From Folioceros fuciformis (Eukaryota), in the NCBI GenBank assembly GCA_049999805.1, contig JBNGIO010006191.1, positions 234,578-298,577 on the forward strand: 64,000 bases of DNA. Reading direction: 5' to 3'. The translations under genes and the position numbers were made by a program. The notes below the pieces were generated by a model. That model did no database searches. It was not told the origin of the DNA and saw nothing but the letters and a program-made list of their open reading frames with translations. Positions 60,244-64,000 of the stretch are shown in pieces. How positions within the stretch are numbered: position 1 is the stretch's first letter; each line of letters begins with the position of its first letter.

Positions 60244-61580
60244 TCAAGAGACGACTTTTTGCAGAAACTTGTCTGAGGAGCTCTCATTCTGTTCTTCCAG
60301 ATCTTGAGCAGAAAGCAACTGCTTTACCTCTTCTTCTGTTACGGAGGCAGGGGGAGGCGGAGCAGGGCCTGACACAGTCTGCTGATACAGAACTCCTCCC
60401 AAAATACAGACCAAAAGAGAGAGAATGCCCAAGGGGGACGCATGCTTGTTCCACATGAGCACGTTGATGACGACCGTGAGCAGCTTGTTTACTACTCCAA
60501 CCACGGTGTAAGCAGTCGCTGAGATAGCCTTACGTGCCGAAAAGCCGAAGAAGGAGATACTCAGTCCAAAGACGCACGAGGCAAGCACAGGGAGAAGCAC
60601 TCCTGGTGACAGCCAGTTCGATTGCGACCACATGGTGAGTATCTCCCTTTCCTCTCCCATGACCAGTAGCGTGGGAGGGAAGAAAGCCTGCAGGCACATC
60701 ACATGATTCGTGGTCAGTCGCACATACGAGCGGTGAGGCGTCATGGCATTCGTGATGGTGACGAGAAGGGTGTCAAAAATAAAAAGAGGCATAGGTGTGT
60801 ACCAGAGCGATAAGATTATTGTACAAAACTAAGCCCCACGTTTTGAGGCCCACCGTCATTACCACATGCTTGATATACACCATCTGCAGAAATAGTTGGC
60901 AAGCTGTAACCGCGCAAGCGCTGAAAACGAGACTGGCATGTAGTAGGCGACAAACAAACACATCGGAGTAGAAGATACCTCGAATGTGATAGTGGCAAGG
61001 TAGGAGAAGGCCCAGAAGTAGGCAGTCACGGTGAACTGGGAGTCAGAGAGCACGTACGCAACTGCACCCGCCAGAATCACTAGCAAAGAGCCGAAGGTGC
61101 TCCGGGAGGGCCAAGGTCTGCCCATGAAGAAGGAGTCCGCTATGGCCACCATTAGAGGTGTTGAAGATCGAAACACGATAAACGTCTGTATTTGCAGAAC
61201 AAGAAGCGGTGTGGTGAGCGCATCACCCTGACAAAGACAACGAGAAAACCTAGCAATGCCTGACACTGTGCATCTCATTGACGTACCTCGACGTTGGCGT
61301 GCTTCAACAACTCTGTGTTGGTGAAGATGGCAATGTAGAAGACGGCGGCAGCAGGAAGAAACTTTTTGACCATCTCCCAGGTAATAGCATCGTGCTCCAC
61401 CACCTTGAACTTGCCCAGGATGAGCACCACCAGAGTGCAGGCAAGGTACTGCAGCGCCGTGAGCACGGCAGGGAAGGGGAACACAGTCACCGCATACTTG
61501 TTGATGATGGCTAGCATGCTGGAGCTGAAGGCATAGCCGAACACCACGGTTCCCACGGCTAGGAAATTCATTGTGCCCAT
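60244..61580 (-). CDS. Golgi GDP-sugar transporter (GONST3/GONST4-GFT1 like), 4 exons
   Basis: GYAFSSSMLAIINKYA, KFLPAAAVFYIAIFTN, HANVETFIVFRS, MVYIKH...WGLVLYNN, AISATAYTVVGVVNK, GGVLYQQ. Confidence 0.92.
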
Positions 61581-64000
61581 CTTGCTCGTAAGCTATGCAA
61601 TGCAGCAAGCTCCTCGAATCAAACCCGGTCTACCAAATTGAGGAGCACCGACGGGCTTCACACCACAGTCTCGAGCACGGCATCATCTTCAAGCTCTCCC
61701 CAGGATCAGCCGATCTTCCCCGCCGCCTCCACAAGTTCACGGAGGCCGCATTCAACCCCAGAGCTACACAATTCCCATCGAACGTCAGTGAGAAACCTAT
61801 TTCACGATTCTGAGGCGCTGTGCGCCGGTGCCCGCGCGTACCAGCGTTCCAAAAATGGTGTGGGACGTGCTTCGCGTGGGACAAGGAGGGCAGGGTTCGA
61901 AGCATTCGTCAGATGTCCGCCGTTTCTCATTGGTCCGAACGTTGACTCAACCTTCTTCGAAGGATGCTCATGTCTCCGCGGCCGTTTCACGACTCGAACA
62001 AATATCTTGTGCATGATAAAGTGGTATACTGTAATTTTTAGCATGATAAAGTGGTATACTGTATTTTTTTGCGTGATAAAGTTGCAACCATCTTTTCCGT
62101 CTTTTTTCAAGATATCATCACCAGCTACACACGCTGTCTACCGGTAAGACGCCAAGTGGTCCACAGGCAATACAGAAAAGAAAAGAAGCAAACCCGTGAC
62201 ACCACAAACCCGCCAAAAGCCGTCAATCGTGTAAGCAACTCTATAATATGTACAAAACAAAAGGCACCAAAACGACGCCAGCAAAGCCTACGGGAAGGTA
62301 CTAACTGGGGTGGTCCGCACCGCCAGTCCAAGCACGAGATGCCTTTGATCCTTGTTACAAGCGAACCACCCGGACAAATACTTGGCACCGTCTCTACCTC
62401 TGTAAGCTGAAGGCATAGACGGTTCAGGTGCCAGACGGGTCTTGACACGCTACTGAACTGGAACATCAGCCTCTTCATATCCTTGTCGGCACGAGCCTGC
62501 ACCAATAAACAGCTCCGGCACATGGGCCGTCTGATGCGCGCCAGCATATGGCCACCTGACGCGAAGGCACGATCTGCAGTAAGCCTGGTTGAAAGGACCT
62601 GACCCCCAACATACACTACGCGCAGCAACTCTGGGTAACAAGCCGTCAAACTCTGCAACACAAAGTTAAATGAGTGGAGCGCCTGCAAGCGTCCGGTTGT
62701 GGCTTGTCCCATTCAGTACCAGTCGTTGGCCAAATACCCGAAGGGAAGATACCCAGAGACCACTCTGAGAGCAAAGCTTAAACAAACCATAGCAAATGTC
62801 TAAAAAAATTAAGTGGCGACCAGCAACAGAACAGCAGGGTTAGCATGGACCGCACAACTCCGGAATGTAACAATTCCACGGCCAGGTGCATTGTCGCCAA
62901 TAACATAGCCTACGCCTGCGGGAAAGTTCCGCTATCTCACAATCCCGTTCACAGATAACCTCCGTCGAAGACACAGCCACTTCAGCCACTCAGGGGAGCA
63001 GAGACCTGAAACGGTGGGACTTGTGGCCCAAAACTGTCACAAACTTGTGCGTGGGCACACTCGTCCCAAAATTTGGACAACCCCCCAAACAAAACAATCT
63101 AAAACGAAAGGGTGTCAATCTGGACAGAAGAACAGGACCCCAAGTCATACAACGCCTTTTTAACCTCAAAAGCAACCTAATGGGCAATGCTGTGCCTTTC
63201 AAAAAAAAAACTTGAGAGCAACCTGATAGACAACAGTATGCCTTTCAGAAAATTTTGAGCGTCCACAATTACCATTGAAGGCAGGGATCAGCAGGAAGAA
63301 ACTGGAGGCCTTGATCTTGGCAGTGAACAGCCAGTCAACAGATCAGAGGGCCAGAGCAGAGGCTACTGGAAGGGAGAGGAGACGATTAGTTGGGAAGGGA
63401 GGAGAGAGCTTGAAAGACCAAAACAGAACTTCCGGTGTTAATCATAGACACACAGGTGTGAGGTTTGGTTAGCTCTTGAGTGACAACCAGCAATCAATAC
63501 ACATCACATGACGGACCGCAACACATCCATGTCATCAAGGCTCATTCTCAAGCGAACTTCAAACCTTAGGGTGTATGACAAGACTCACAATAACAGTAAG
63601 AGCAAGACCACCTATGCACAGTTCGACACGTACCAATGGAAAACCAGATATCCAATATGATAAGAGAAATCAGGATTACAAAGTGCGAAGATGCACGTAT
63701 CAACTTAGTACACAACCACGGACGAAAGAGACTCGTGCCGTACTGAACTGTGCAGTAGCTGTACTCCATCTACCACATGTCATTGGACCTGCAGGGAACT
63801 TCTTCAAGGCTCACTCTCATGACAGGCAGGAAGAATATACACGATGTGGCCAGAACGTAGGGTTACACATAAGTCTCCACAAGATTGCAACCAGTCTAAA
63901 GCCTAAGACAGACAGAATTTAGAGTTGCAAGGTGAGCTCCTCTTGTCCAAAGCCACTCTTTTGGCACACTTACACTCTCCAAAGGAAGGGAGCTATGGTT

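Noticed and set aside
62100-64000. 195-aa and 115-aa ORFs, possibly a further decayed retroelement
   Set aside because: Only vague resemblance to non-LTR elements; no diagnostic motif could be read confidently.

Overview
Eukaryotic land-plant nuclear DNA, gene-dense with mostly 60-130 nt GT-AG introns. The compact introns plus a DYW:KP-type PPR gene suggest a seed-free plant such as a hornwort (inference). Recognisable genes in order: kinase-less L-type lectin receptor-like protein (-), DUF21/CBS (CNNM-type) transporter (+), OST48/DGL1 (-), a small tail-anchored protein (+), SWEET (-), U2AF65 (-), aldo-keto reductase (-), VIM/ORTHRUS-like PHD-RING-SRA-RING protein (+), a 2OG-dioxygenase pseudogene (-), PLS-PPR DYW:KP protein (+), RFC 38-kDa subunit (+), amidohydrolase (-), remorin (+) and GFT1/GONST4-like transporter (-). 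Two AT-rich islands (about 4.95-15.8 kb and 47.3-50.2 kb) interrupt this background. They carry divergent, intron-poor regulators (a STE20/MAP4K kinase, a double-AP2 protein, an orphan ORF); the first also holds repeats and retroelement debris. Top observations: (1) a tandem pair of homologous 89-nt exons in U2AF65 RRM2 that look mutually exclusive; (2) a DYW:KP candidate U-to-C editing factor ending in DSR; (3) an ANT-like AP2 protein with a ~65-aa loop insertion; (4) a VIM paralog with a cysteine-substituted 5mC pocket and a 519-codon last exon. Exon boundaries were read by eye and no database searches were run.
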